Shown piece after piece: positions 52,588 through 64,000 of a stretch of 64,000 nucleotides of DNA. This stretch comes from Lama glama (taxonomy: Eukaryota). The stretch lies in NCBI GenBank assembly GCA_028534125.1, contig CM052816.1:89034001-89098000 (forward strand), in the 5' to 3' direction. Position numbers and translations under genes: made by a program. The notes beneath the pieces are model-generated. The model did no database searches and was not told where the DNA came from. It saw nothing but the letters and a program-made list of their open reading frames with translations. Numbering within the stretch: the stretch's first letter is position 1; each line of letters opens with the position of its first letter.

Positions 52588-53150
52588 TATAGGGGAGGAA
52601 AACTAATTTTTCCTCTACTGTTCTGGGTTGTTGTCTGAGATCCTCCCTGTAAGAAAAAGACATTAACATAAGAAGAACCAACAGAAGGTTAATAACACGT
52701 GTAACTCCTGTATACATGGGAGAGACCCAGAAAAAATAATTTGCTAAAATAGCCTAACCCTTTACTTTAAATACCACCTCCAGCTAAAGGTGAGAAAAGA
52801 TCTTAGGGCAGGGATAGGGGCAGGGTAGGTGATGGAGGAAGCTATAGGGGGTTATCAGGCAAAGCACAGCAAAGGGGAGTACAGTTTTTATGTGGATTTA
52901 AGACAGTTGCTTTCTTTATTGATAAGAACTTTTACTGTTTATTCATCCTTCTTTTCCTGGTTCTGGAAGGGAAAAACCTTGCAAAGGAAGATTTCCCTCA
53001 TAAATAAATGTAAATATCTCCTACAAAATGTAGCTTCTATTCGGTTTTGAGAGCTTCCCTGTGTCTGTTATTTCTCAAAAATAATCAGCCTAAGATAATC
53101 CATATGCCGAAGAAGCATATTTTTGGGGTGACAAATTCTGCTCTCCCTCA
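52588..53150 (-). mobile_element. MER34-like solo LTR
   Basis: The minus strand starts TGAGGGAGAGCAGAATTTGTCACCCCAAAAATATGCTTCTTCGGCATATGGATTAT. Confidence 0.82.
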
Positions 53151-54143
53151 GAAACAAAACAAAAGGTTGCTTCACCTTCTAATACAAGTGTCTAGTTTCG
53201 GGTGACTTTATCAATTTTGCATTTCTAAGTGTCTAAAAAAACCCAAAAGTCTTTCTTTTTTCAATCTAAAAAAAATTCTTTATTATTCAGAAAGCCCTTT
53301 GAAGTGGGAAAGGAGCAAAAGCAGGAGGTGAATAATTAAGTCTTCAAGAAAACAATCTTTTTGTTTTTACAAAAACAAAACAAAACAAAAAAGCACTAAG
53401 ATAACTGCCTCCTCTATTATCATACTAAGAAATAAAAAAAGAAACTCAAAAAGCCTTTCCATCCTAGCCTTCAAAAGCAGTATACAGGCTTAGTGGTGGG
53501 ATCTGGCTTGAGAGGGTCTGGATGAAAGGCACGTGTTGAGTAGGTATTTGCCAAGCCTGGCAGCCAGTTCAGCACGGGCAGTGTTCTACTGTTTTTGGCT
53601 GTATAGTGTCGACATTTAGGTCTACTGTTTAAATGTAAAGCCTTTATCAATTTAGATCTTTTTTATACTCAAGTCTTGGCTGTTCTTCCCAATGTGCCTG
53701 CTGGAGCTGAGATGCAAATAAAAGGGGATCTTTTCTATATAATGACTATGTCTCTTTCCCAGGGCATTTCTCAGTAGCAATTCTTTCTAGTCAAGAGATG
53801 TTTACTTCTAACCTGCACTCCTAAACTCTTTCTTTGTTATTGTGTTGTTTTTGGAACTGGTTCCAGTTACTATTCTCATTCTAAACATAAAGAGCCAGAT
53901 TGCCCTACGCCTGGGTCATTATTCAGTTCAACAGTATATATTGGACACATAGTGTATAGGAGCCCCATACAGGGCATCAGGGCTACAGGCCTGAGCACAG
54001 CAAACCTCCTTTCCCCCTTCATGAAAGTAATAGTCTGTGGAGGTGGATGGAAGATTTGATGAGTCATAACAGCTAACGCTTGCTCACAACTTACTAAGTG
54101 CCAGATACTTTTCTAAGTAATCAACACGGTGTATTGTAATTTA

Positions 54144-55472
54144 CAGTTGTCTCTCAGTATCAGTGTAACCAAACTCAGGGTTGGCTGCTTGCCATTCAAA
54201 AGCCCATACTTGAGAGGAAAGTGACGGTAGAAAGGAAAGTTGCTTTAATCAGAAAGCTGGCAATCTGGGGAGAAGGCGAACTCATGCCCCAAGGTCCACT
54301 CCAAAGATTCTGCTCAGCAAGGACTTTTTGGACAGAAAAGGAGGGAAGAATCTCAATGAATCATCAAGGCAGGAGGTCAAGCTCTGTGTCATTTTCCATT
54401 GTGTGCAGGCTGGCTGACTCCTCGCGATGTCTTAAGGCATTATCTCGCCCACGTGGTCTGCCTGCAAGATTGCGGAGAGGCGTTCTGAGGGTAGAGAATT
54501 AGTCATGCTTTAATTCTTCATTCCTATTTCTTTCAGTCTAGGGAATGAACTAAGAAGTTAAGCAAGGTATTGTGTGCATTTAGTAGAGCGTGAGTCAGGA
54601 GTTAGGTTAAATGTTACCTAGTGATTTCATTTTTATAATTAAGGTTTAAGGGGAAGAGAAATAGACAAACAGAAATGAGGCAAAATAAATGCTTGCAAAT
54701 CCTCACTTGCCAGATATCATTCCATTTCTGTGGGATTAGGGGGTGAGGGTTCATCTTCTGTAACTTCTTTATGCTGATAATAGGCATCATATTCTCAGAG
54801 TGGAAGATGTTGTCATGGGTCTGTAGCATTTCTTTGCTGACAACTTCAGTTGCCCACTTACAAATATGGGCAGAGTAAGCTACAATTATTTTGATCTCCA
54901 TAAAGATATAGATTATTATGATCAGTAATGTCAATCCTGTTCTCTTGAGGCTTGTTTTTGGCATTGTGCTGGCCATAGCCTCAGTCCTGCTCAAGATGGA
55001 GCAGTTTATGTCATGGCTGCAGTCTGGCCATCATGCACTTGGCTTTTTCCCTCTGGTGGCAGTTATAGTACCTGTAAAACAACTGAGGAATATGCATCAG
55101 ACTGAGTCTGTGACTCTGTTGTCCTAGTCACTGACTGCTTGAGCATGCTTTTTTGTGACTCAGGGAGGCCTGGGAGACACCAGGTTTTTTGCAAATAAGA
55201 GGCAGGGAACATGGAGGGGCCTCTGTACTTGGGGGGTGGGGGCGGACACAGGGTTCTGCTTGGTTTCTTCAGCAGGGGATTGGTTCTAGGACCAGTCACA
55301 GATATCAGAATCTGAGGATGCTCAAGTTTTACAGTTGGCCGTCCTTATCTGGGATTCTGCATTCGTGGATTAAGCCAACCATCGATTGTGTAGTACTGTA
55401 ATATTTACTGAAAAACATCCAGGTACAAGTAGACCTGTGCAGCTCAAGCCCATGTTGTTCAAAGGTCAACTG
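54144..55472. mobile_element. Tigger2/MER8-like MITE split by an LTR (54144-54163 plus 55269-55472)
   Basis: TA|cagttgtctctcagtatc joins caggggattggttctaggacc...ggatgctcaag and ends tgttgttcaaaggtcaactg|TA. Confidence 0.82.
54164..55268 (-). mobile_element. 1.1-kb ERV1 solo LTR (cetartiodactyl MER41-like)
   Basis: The plus strand begins TGTAACC. Perfect 4-bp TSD tcag at 54160-54163 and 55269-55272. The minus-strand start (A)GAAACCAAGCAGAACCCTG resembles artiodactyl MER41-like LTRs. Confidence 0.78.
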
Positions 55473-55899
55473 TATTTCTCATTAAATGCATTTGAGGAAA
55501 TTGTCAATTCCCTTTATAATTAGGAAACTGAGGCATAGAGAGTTTGAATAAATTCCCCGAGGTTTGAAATCTAGTGAGTGGCTTTTAACCCTGCCAGTCT
55601 GAGACCACCAATGTAGAAACCACTAGATTATCACCTAAAGATTGTGCTGCATGATAAGGATGATAATTCCAGGAGCACAGAGATTTATAAAAGCCAATAA
55701 CAGAAGGAAGCAAAGGGAGTTCCCCCAGAGATATGTCCTTGGGAAACACTGCTGGGAGAATCCAGGCAGGCAGGATCCAGGTGTGGTTCTAGGGGAGATG
55801 GAGCCCAAAGCCAAGGAGGCCAGGGATAAGCTCACTTATTTGAGGGAAAGATTTAGGAAAATAATTGGGAAGATTCCAATCAGTATTTTGACAAGGGGG

Positions 55900-56255
55900 A
55901 TATTTGGGGCTAAATTGTCCCCCTAAAATTCCTATGTTTAAGTCCTAAGCCATAGTACTTCAGAATGTGTCCGTATTTGGACACAAGGCCTTTAAAGTGG
56001 TGATTAAGGTAAAATGAGGTCACCTGGGCAGGCCCTAATCCAGTATGACTTGCGTACTAATGTGAAGAGGAGATTAGAACACAGACACACACACAGGAGG
56101 GAGTCAGTCACGTGCTAGTCCAGGAGCGAGGGCTCAGCAGGAGCCAAACCTGCCAACAGCTTGATCCTGGACTTCCAGCCTCCAGAACATTAAGGAAATA
56201 CATTTCTGTTGTTTAAACCACCCAGTCTGTGGTATTTTGTTATGACATCCATCAA
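55900..56255 (+). mobile_element. MLT1A/B-type solo LTR
   Basis: gggctaaattgtcccc...ggccctaatccagtatgact...ggacttccagcctccagaac...cccagtctgtggtattttgttatg. Confidence 0.88.
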
Positions 56256-58980
56256 TGTCAGCCTTCTGGGACATAAAACATAGTAGAGAAAGAGAAATAC
56301 ATACATACATATATTATATATAATATTTATATATATATATCCTTATTTACTGTTTTTCAGACAGTATTAAAGCCCTGCAGACACAGCAAACTGATAAGAA
56401 TCTGCCCTCAGATACTTTATACCAATGTTCATGACGCATTATTCATAGTACTCACAAGTGAGTGCCATTAAGTGATTGATCAAAAGGAATGGGAGAGGCA
56501 GTCTCCCATTGGATCCAGCTTCTGACCCAAGCCTCAGTCCTGCTTTTGCATGAGTCTGAGGCAAGTTCTAATTTGTGGACCTTCTGGTCCTCAGGTCCTC
56601 AGCTCAACACATCTTCACTCAATCCACAGGAGACACTGCATTTCCTCTTGTTAACTCCAGTGGTGACGACACCATAATCTCTGCGGAAGGCATCCATTCA
56701 GCTTGCTGGGAAGCTACTTAGAAGCTGGGGAAGAAGGTAAGGCTGGGGGAATCACAGAAAAGGAGGCTTTAAGGAGAAATAACACATTAAGTATTTTGTG
56801 TTATTGCAACAAGTACATTTCTTATATTAGCTCAAATATGAACTCTCCCTTACACACACACACACACATGCTGCAGTTAATACCTGAATGCAATTTCAGC
56901 AGTTTTTAAGTTGATGTTTTCAAAAGTTCCGAAATAACAGAATCAAAACCAATGAGTCACTGAAGTAGTAATTAATAATGGTTAATTGTGCACATGACAA
57001 AAATACAGTTTGTGACCCAGGAGTACTCAAACTGACACACCGAGTAAAGCTCAGTGATACATTGTTTAAGAGCAGCTTACATAGTGAGAGGGTCTTGACT
57101 GTTTATTCTTCACAGTGACTGTTGATAATATTTTGTTAAATGATAGGGAATTGGTTAGTGGTTGCCTCATATTAGTTTTGGCAAAAAGTTTTCACTTACA
57201 ATTTCCAGAAGCGTAAATAAGAAATGATCCAGGTCAAGTTTGTCTTGTGAAATACATTAAGTTTTGCTTGTATGACGAAGCTGGTTTTGGTCTGCCTAAG
57301 GAAATTTTAAGGTTTGTCTCCATTTGGTTTTTCTGTTGTTTTTTTTTTTAACAACTTCTAGCTCTTTCCATTTAAGAAAGTGGTGTACAATTTTAGCAAC
57401 ACAAAGCAGAGGTTCAGCTGTTGTGTTGGTAATCAGCTCATTTCCCATCATGTTGGCTTGTGGTCTGTCTTCCACGCATCCTCCTTTGTGTTGTAAACTG
57501 GAGCTGGCTCTGCAGCTGAGTCTGTATACCAGTGGCCAAACTGCAGAAGCTTCTCAGTCTTGTTTTCAGTGATTAAAATTCCACACTTACAACAGTCATT
57601 ACCACCTGTCTTTCCATGGTTTCAGTTAGCGATGCTCCCAGTTTGATGCTTTATGGACCCTAGCAATGGTGGAAAGGCAGCAGGAAGAGTGGAAATACTC
57701 GGGTCTCTTATGTCCTCTTCGTTGTCCTGTGGCAGATGCTCGAATGTATCAGTAGATTCATTCCTTTTAAAACATTTTTAATTGGTTGGTGCTCTGAAAG
57801 CTTTATAAACTACTACAAAGTTTACTAAATGAAGAGTATCTTTTACATCACACAAAATGAGTGTCCGAGTCCTTCCTGAATCATTCTGTCAACAGTTCCT
57901 AGTGGTTGTGGCAGCCTGCAATTTTAGTCTTTAATGACACCCATCATATTAATAGGCAGAAAAATCCTCAGATTTATAGCAAATAGTCATAATCATATGA
58001 TTATAACATATATTTACTCCCCTCAACTAGAATTATAATTATGTAGGTAATTATTTCTAAAAGTATGAAAGTATGATGTAATAGTCATACTAACAAGTAA
58101 ATGACAGATCTACATACACAATTTTTTTCACAATACAAATATTAGTGATGGTTTGGGGGCAGTTCATAAAGCACTTTAGGATATTAAGTACCTTTGAAAG
58201 CTGGAGAGTAAACTGCAACTGGGGAAAAAGGATTAAAAAATGGAGGCTGAATGTACAGAAATTAGGACTAATTTTAGGTGCTATGAAATTATTTTCTGAC
58301 ATAAACATCTAAGCGAAATTCGTCACATGACATGTGAGAAAATAGTGGGTTTTTTCCCCCCAAATTAGTATGTATAATGGTAACAAAGAATAAACTTTCA
58401 CAGGGAAAATTTTTTTTAAGCTTAAGATATAGAGCTGTAAGTAATGGAAGTTAAAATAGAGATATAGCCAGGTGGTCCTAATTGAATGTAGGGTTTTAGT
58501 GGCAGAGCTTCAGAGATTTACTGTAATTGAAACTCAATATATGTTTCTCTTTCAGTAAAAACTTTGAAGCACTGTCTAGGGAAAGCAATTAGTATACTAA
58601 ACAAAAGGTTACAAGAGCAGACAAGAGTTTCAAAATTATATTCCAACTGCATAGCCAAGGAGTGTTTTTCATTCTTCACATTTGTATTATGTATGTATTT
58701 GTTAAGATTCTTTTATTGGAAAAAGTCTTTATTGATAAATACACCTAAAGAGTTCAGTGTTTCCTCAAGAAATATAAATGATAATCAAAAATTAGAGGGG
58801 AAAAATTTATTAGTCAGAAACCTGAGAAAAATTGTGTCTAACAGATAACAAAGTGATTTCTCCATAGTAATAGAAAAATATTGTTAAAGCAAAATTAATA
58901 GTAACCCCAAGTAAATAGGTATAAAATTTACTTGGATAAAAAATATAAAAATAGGTGATCATTTTTTTCCTGAAAATAAC

Positions 58981-59090
58981 ATTTTTTTTTAATTGAAGGA
59001 TAGTTGATTTACAGTGTTGTGTTAGTTTCTGGTGTACAGCACAGGGAACTATATTCAATATATTGTAATAACTTATAATGAAAAAAAAAA
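58981..59090 (-). mobile_element. Miniature 5'-inverted L1 (~110 bp)
   Basis: An L1 3' terminus on minus (to ~59040) is joined to an upstream 3' UTR piece on plus. The flanks repeat gaaaataa at 58972-58979 and 59091-59098. Confidence 0.8.
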
Positions 59091-60099
59091 GAAAATAATT
59101 TTAAAAGAATGCTTCTTTACCAGGAATTAATAAACCCTTAGTGGACCACTGTCTTTACTTTGGCATATATCAAAATGACTATGGCACAGGAACAAAACTG
59201 GTAAAGCTTTCACTGCCACCTAATTCTGTTTTTGTTAAAATGGCACAGGCATTGAAATTCCTAATGAATGAACTAGAGTGGTGTGTTCTTAGAAGCCAGG
59301 ATTGTTAATCTCTACAATCACCCAACCTGTGATTATATCCTCTCTTAGAAAGAAAACTGGAAATCAGTGGAAAAATGGCATTTGGATGTAATTGAGATTA
59401 AGTTTATTCATAGAGTGTTTTGTTTTCCTTATGTGCTGCCAGACATCTGGATAAAGACTGAAAGACTTAGCAAAATATTAACATCTTTCCAAGTGTCTAA
59501 ATGTTGATTGCATTTTATGTTTCACTCTAAATATTTGATGAAGCTTAGTATTGTCTACAAAATATAAATTGTCCCCTTATCCTTGAAGTTATTTTCTGTA
59601 GCATTTCACAGTTAAGATACTGTCTGATTTGGAAAGAGTGAATATATGATGGAATCTTAGATTTGGAAGACATTGAAATAATATTGGTCCACATTAATAT
59701 TTGTGGCTAATCATTTTAAGAATTAAAAAGATCATTTTGTAAAATCATATGTGATACTTGTGGCCAACTATAATAAGAACCTCTGTCTTATTCAACAAAT
59801 GCCCTTTATTTTTGTCTCAATAAAACAGCCCTAGGCATTAAAATCATTAAAATTAAAATAAGAAACTATACAAGTGGCTACCTGTAATTCTCATTACTGT
59901 GTAGCACATTCTTTGAAGTTCTACTTATTGGAATAAATAAAATAAAATAAGATAAAAATTTGAAAATAAGAGATAAAAGGATTTATTTTTGTGGATTTCT
60001 CATGTGTATCCAATAAAACACTTCTTGGAAATACAGAAATATTTAATGAGTAAACTTTACTAAAAATAAAATTTTCTCTCTTCTCACTTTATTTAGAGA

Positions 60100-63000
60100 T
60101 AGATAGGTAATATATTTCATTCTGTTTAATGCAGAATAAAATGAAATAGAATTATAGTTAACAAGTTGGCAGAGAACCTACATAAAGAAATTGTATGTTG
60201 TAATGGGAAGATATAAAACTAGGTCAGAATAAGTAAAAAGTTATTGTGCAATATCAGGAAATATAAAGCTTACTATCATAGAAGTCCTTAAAATTAATTT
60301 GTAACTAAATACATTCTTAGTAAAATTACAGCAGTACTTTTTGTCTTTAGATAAAAGTAAAATAATCTTAAATATATGTTGAAGAACTAATGTTTAATTT
60401 TAAAGACCACAAAAACTTGGGTAGTAACTCTCAGGAGTATATTATTAGTCATTGGAACATACTACAAATCCAACTTAATCAGTACTATATTGACAAAAAA
60501 CACACAAGGAAAGCAGTGAAACAAAATAGAACATCCAAAAGTAGATAACACAATTGTCTAGAAGTTAAAAGCCATTTTTTGATTAAGGGAAAAAAGAATA
60601 TACTGTGCAATGGAACAGGGAAACGGATTTTTGACCTACAAGAGGTTTAAAGACTTATGTTTAAAACACAAGTGTTGCAAGAAAATGTAGGAGAAACAGT
60701 TTATGTGCAATAAAGGGGTAGATAAACCTAGAAAAAGTAAGGCTGAGGAAACAGGATCACTCAGTAAGATGTAGATGTGTATATAAATTTTTAAAATGTT
60801 TGTAAGACCAAATTATTTATTGAAATATAACTGAGTTGGGATATGTGTGTCATACACCAGAATGATAAAGCATTATCTTTTATACTACACAGGAGTTTTT
60901 ATAATTTTACATTTAAAGTAAATTTTGTAAACAGGACATAGTTAATTTTAATTTTTATCTATTCTGATAAATTTTGTTTTTAAAAGCTATGTGCCATTTA
61001 CCTGTAAGGTAGATCACTGCTATTTGGTTTTATGTGTTTTTTAAATACTATTTTCCCCATTTGTTTTATAGTTTTATGTAACATTCAGTTTTGCCTTTTT
61101 TGCAATACATCCCCCCCTTTTTTGAGTATTTTAGCTATTTTTTTCTAGTATTTAAACTAAAAATACCAAAATGCATAACTGACTTCTTTGTTTTAATGTG
61201 AAAGCCATTTTCAAGAAAATGCTGATATCTTAAAACAATTTATTTCTACTTAATATGCACATGCCTTTTAATTCTCTATTTTAAACTCATACATTGTTAT
61301 AATAGTTTTATACAATTAAAATGCATCTGTATTTTCACATATATTTATGCTTTTTTCCCTCTCAATTTATGTCTATATACCTCTATTTACTTCTGATATA
61401 CTTTTTTTCTTGGGCCAAAGACATCCCCTTATAGTTTATTCAATGCTGCTGTTCTGAAAACACTTCTGTATTTTATTTCACAATTAAAAATATTTGTGCT
61501 GAGGGTAAAAGCATAGTTTGACAGTTAATTTCTTTCAACTAAAGATGCTTTTAGTCTGTCATTTCAGTTTTTTTAAATAGTCTATTGTTCCCTGAAAGAA
61601 ATATATGTATATTATATATATTTTATGAATGTTATATATATATAAAATATAAAATGGGCCTAGATGTGGTTTTCTGAGTACTTACATGTTGCTTAGGATT
61701 TCAACTATATAGCAAGGGCTTGATGTCTTTTAACAGTCTGGGGAACTTTGAGCCTTTTGGCTTTTGTTTTTTAAGCTGTACATTTTCGGTTGATCTGATT
61801 TCCAGTTTATTAGTCCTCTCTTGTCATTTCCAATCTGCCATTAAATAATTGATTAAGTTAATTTATGTCATTTCTTTTTTTAGTTCTAGAATTCCCATAT
61901 AGTTATATAGATTATAATTATCTTGTCAAATATACCCTTTCAAAAATTTTGAACATATTATTCACAAGCGATTAAAATCTATTACTTATAACTTCAGTAC
62001 CAGATTTATACGTGGGTCTGTTCCTACTGCCTCGTTATTCTCTTAGTCCTGGCAATTTTGAAAAATTATAGAGGTCATGAGTACTACTACTTTTTTCTAC
62101 TGGAGACTCACTGCCCTCATGTCTAATGGACAGCTAGACTGGAGACACCCCATTTTAATCCAATCAGGTACTGAGCTGATTCCAGGCTGAAATTTTATAA
62201 CACTCAAATTACATCTTGGTGTGCTTTTTTCTGGGCTGTAGACCTGAGTCTCGACCAAGAGCATGAAATATTTACCAGATCTATTTCTACTCAGAAAGTC
62301 CTGACTTTTTTGTCTTGTTGGCCCTGGGAGTCTGCTGGTAAGAACACACTGCTCCCAGTGGTTTCTTTCTTTCTTTCCTGTTTTTTTTTTTTTCACCATT
62401 TTTATTGATTTATAATCATTTTACAATGTTGTGTCAAATTCCAGTGTACAGCACAATCCTTCAGTTATACATGAACATATATATATTCATTGTCACATAT
62501 TTTTCTCTGTGAGCTACCATAGGATCTTGTGTATATTTCTCTGTGCTTTACAGTATAATCTTGTTTATCTATTCTACAATTTTAAAATCCTGTCTATCCC
62601 TTCCAACCCTCCACCCCCAGTGGTTTCATAATTTCCTAGGTTCTCTACCGGCACAGCTGATGACATTGGTAAACGCCTCTAGAGGATTAGTCTCCTTCCT
62701 CTTCAAAACATTGGCCTATTTAATCCTAGAAATTCTGCAGCTCTGCATGAACTCTCAGCCCTACAAAGTTTTTTTGTCGTCTGTTTGCATTTTGGTTTTG
62801 GGGATTTTGTTTTGTTTTGTTTGTTTTTTGAATCTTCCTGCCCTGTAAACTTTTCAGAACTTCACTGGCTTCTCTTAGCTCCATCCTACCCTAGGATTCC
62901 TAGTCTCCTGATCCACACTAAGAACTGGCAAGTGCCCTGAGGAAGAAAGCATCTTGCCCTATACTGGTTTGCTTGTCAGTCCCTTGATTTTGATTAGCCA

Positions 63001-63100
63001 GACAACTTTCAGATACTTTCAATCAGATTTTTTTTTCTTTTTTTGAGTTGTTTGCCTATTCCAATTTGAATAAGAAAATTAGTTACAAAACAACTGAACA
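60100..63100. mobile_element. Highly decayed old L1 (L1M/HAL1-like) fragments
   Basis: An A-rich plus-strand segment (~60100-60900) followed by a T-rich segment (~61000-63100), with faint L1 resemblance. Confidence 0.4.
62366..62615 (-). mobile_element. Young L1 3' end with perfect TSD
   Basis: Poly(T) tail followed by the 3' UTR. 12-bp TSD cccagtggtttc at 62354-62365 and 62616-62627. Confidence 0.92.
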
Positions 63101-63324
63101 TCAGTGTTTAATTCTTAGTATTTTGTGTTGAAAATCTGAGTTTGATACAGTATCATCAACATGCATAATTTAACGTAATGCCGATATTACTGTAACTTAC
63201 TCATCAATTAATTCCATGTTGCATTATTTTTCATGTAATGCATCCCAAATAACTATATATTCTTGTATTATTTTGTGTGTTCAAGTAACTAGAGATTATA
63301 AAGAAAAGTATATGTGCAATTACT

Positions 63325-63490
63325 GTTTAATGAGTACCAAGTTTAGTTTGAGAGGAAGACAAAGTTCTCAAGACAGATAGTGGTGATGGTTGTACAACAT
63401 GTCAATGTACTTTATGTCACTGAATTCTACACTTAAAATTTACCATTGTAACCATTTTTATGTTATATATTTTACAACAATAAAAAGTAC
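63325..63490 (+). mobile_element. L1MB-type 3' end
   Basis: aaagttctcaagacagatagtggtgatggttgtacaac...tcactgaattctacacttaaaa...acaataaaaa. Confidence 0.8.
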
Positions 63491-63864
63491 AAAATTATAT
63501 CAGTAGTCAAGAAATTAAATTTAGCATGATTTTTATGCACTAGTGTTATTTGGGGTTTTTTGCATATTAATTTTACATAAATTAGTGGATTTTAGTGTAT
63601 TTTACTTAAGGATTCTCCTACAGTGAATAATATTTCAACCAGGTTTATTTTATACTTTAACCTCTGTGAACATACTACATTAGTCATTCTTTTCATTCAG
63701 TGACAAAAACATTCATCTACTTTCTTTACATAATATTTAGACTCTTAGATATTTATTTTAAGAGTGCTACTACTATGCATTGAGGAAGTCCTTAAAATTA
63801 AATTATACTTTACTTGCCAAAATATGGTAAGCAAAATAAAGATTAAAAAATAAGTTACTATAAA

Positions 63865-64000
63865 TGACCGACAGAAAGGAGGAGGTCTTAGGTGAGACTG
63901 ACACAGGAAAATGGTGCACGAAAGGATGGTTATATCCCAGGTCTCTGTTGAGTCCCTCAGTTGCATCCCATCAAGTGAGGTTCCTTGGCTTCACCAAGGA
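63865..64000. mobile_element. Probable edge of an LTR running off the window
   Basis: GC content rises abruptly, and gttccttggcttcaccaagga resembles ERV1 LTR U5 ends. Confidence 0.4.

Larger units (their letters stand above)
54070..55600 (-). mobile_element. MIR split into two pieces (~54070-54142 and ~55475-55600)
   Basis: Left piece: cttactaagtgccagatact. Right piece: ggaaactgaggcatagagagtttgaataaatt. Confidence 0.65.

Noticed and set aside
54221..55401. Several 69-126 aa ORFs
   Set aside because: All are inside an LTR or MITE and carry no retroviral protein motifs.
55332..55472. Apparent stand-alone 141-bp MITE with TA flanks
   Set aside because: It is the right part of a larger MITE whose left TIR is at 54144, separated by the LTR insertion.
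1..64000. CRISPR array, tRNA/rRNA gene or prokaryote-style operon or defence system
   Set aside because: There is no repeat-spacer periodicity, no RNA-gene structure and no gene-dense organisation. The window is mammalian repeat-rich non-coding DNA.

Overview
AT-rich mammalian non-coding DNA with two 500-N assembly gaps (24526-25025, 42935-43434). It is dominated by transposable-element relics, and I could not support any intact host protein-coding gene, RNA gene or CRISPR array. The ORF track consists of chance ORFs, N-runs or retroelement fragments. The repeat content points to a cetartiodactyl, most plausibly a camelid: cetartiodactyl-type L1 3' ends are present and I saw no Alu, B1, Bov-A, PRE-1 or SINEC. 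This species call is an inference. The main structure is a decayed ~7 kb class I endogenous retrovirus on the minus strand (1-6945). It has a MER65-like 5' LTR, a tRNA-Leu PBS, gag, pro and pol with the RT catalytic core deleted, an env closely resembling the PABL-B/HERV-R(b) type, a PPT and a partial 3' LTR. It sits inside a MER34-like LTR. Other notable structures are two twin-primed (5'-inverted) L1 insertions with TSDs, a poly(A)-only insertion, a MIR>MITE>LTR triple nest, a MaLR LTR-int-LTR element, a perfect 62-bp tandem duplication, and a small CpG-retaining promoter-like patch. Family names come from recalled consensus sequences, not a database search, and the edges of old repeats are approximate. 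I found no evidence of a novel functional system; the findings are mostly paleovirological and mechanistic.
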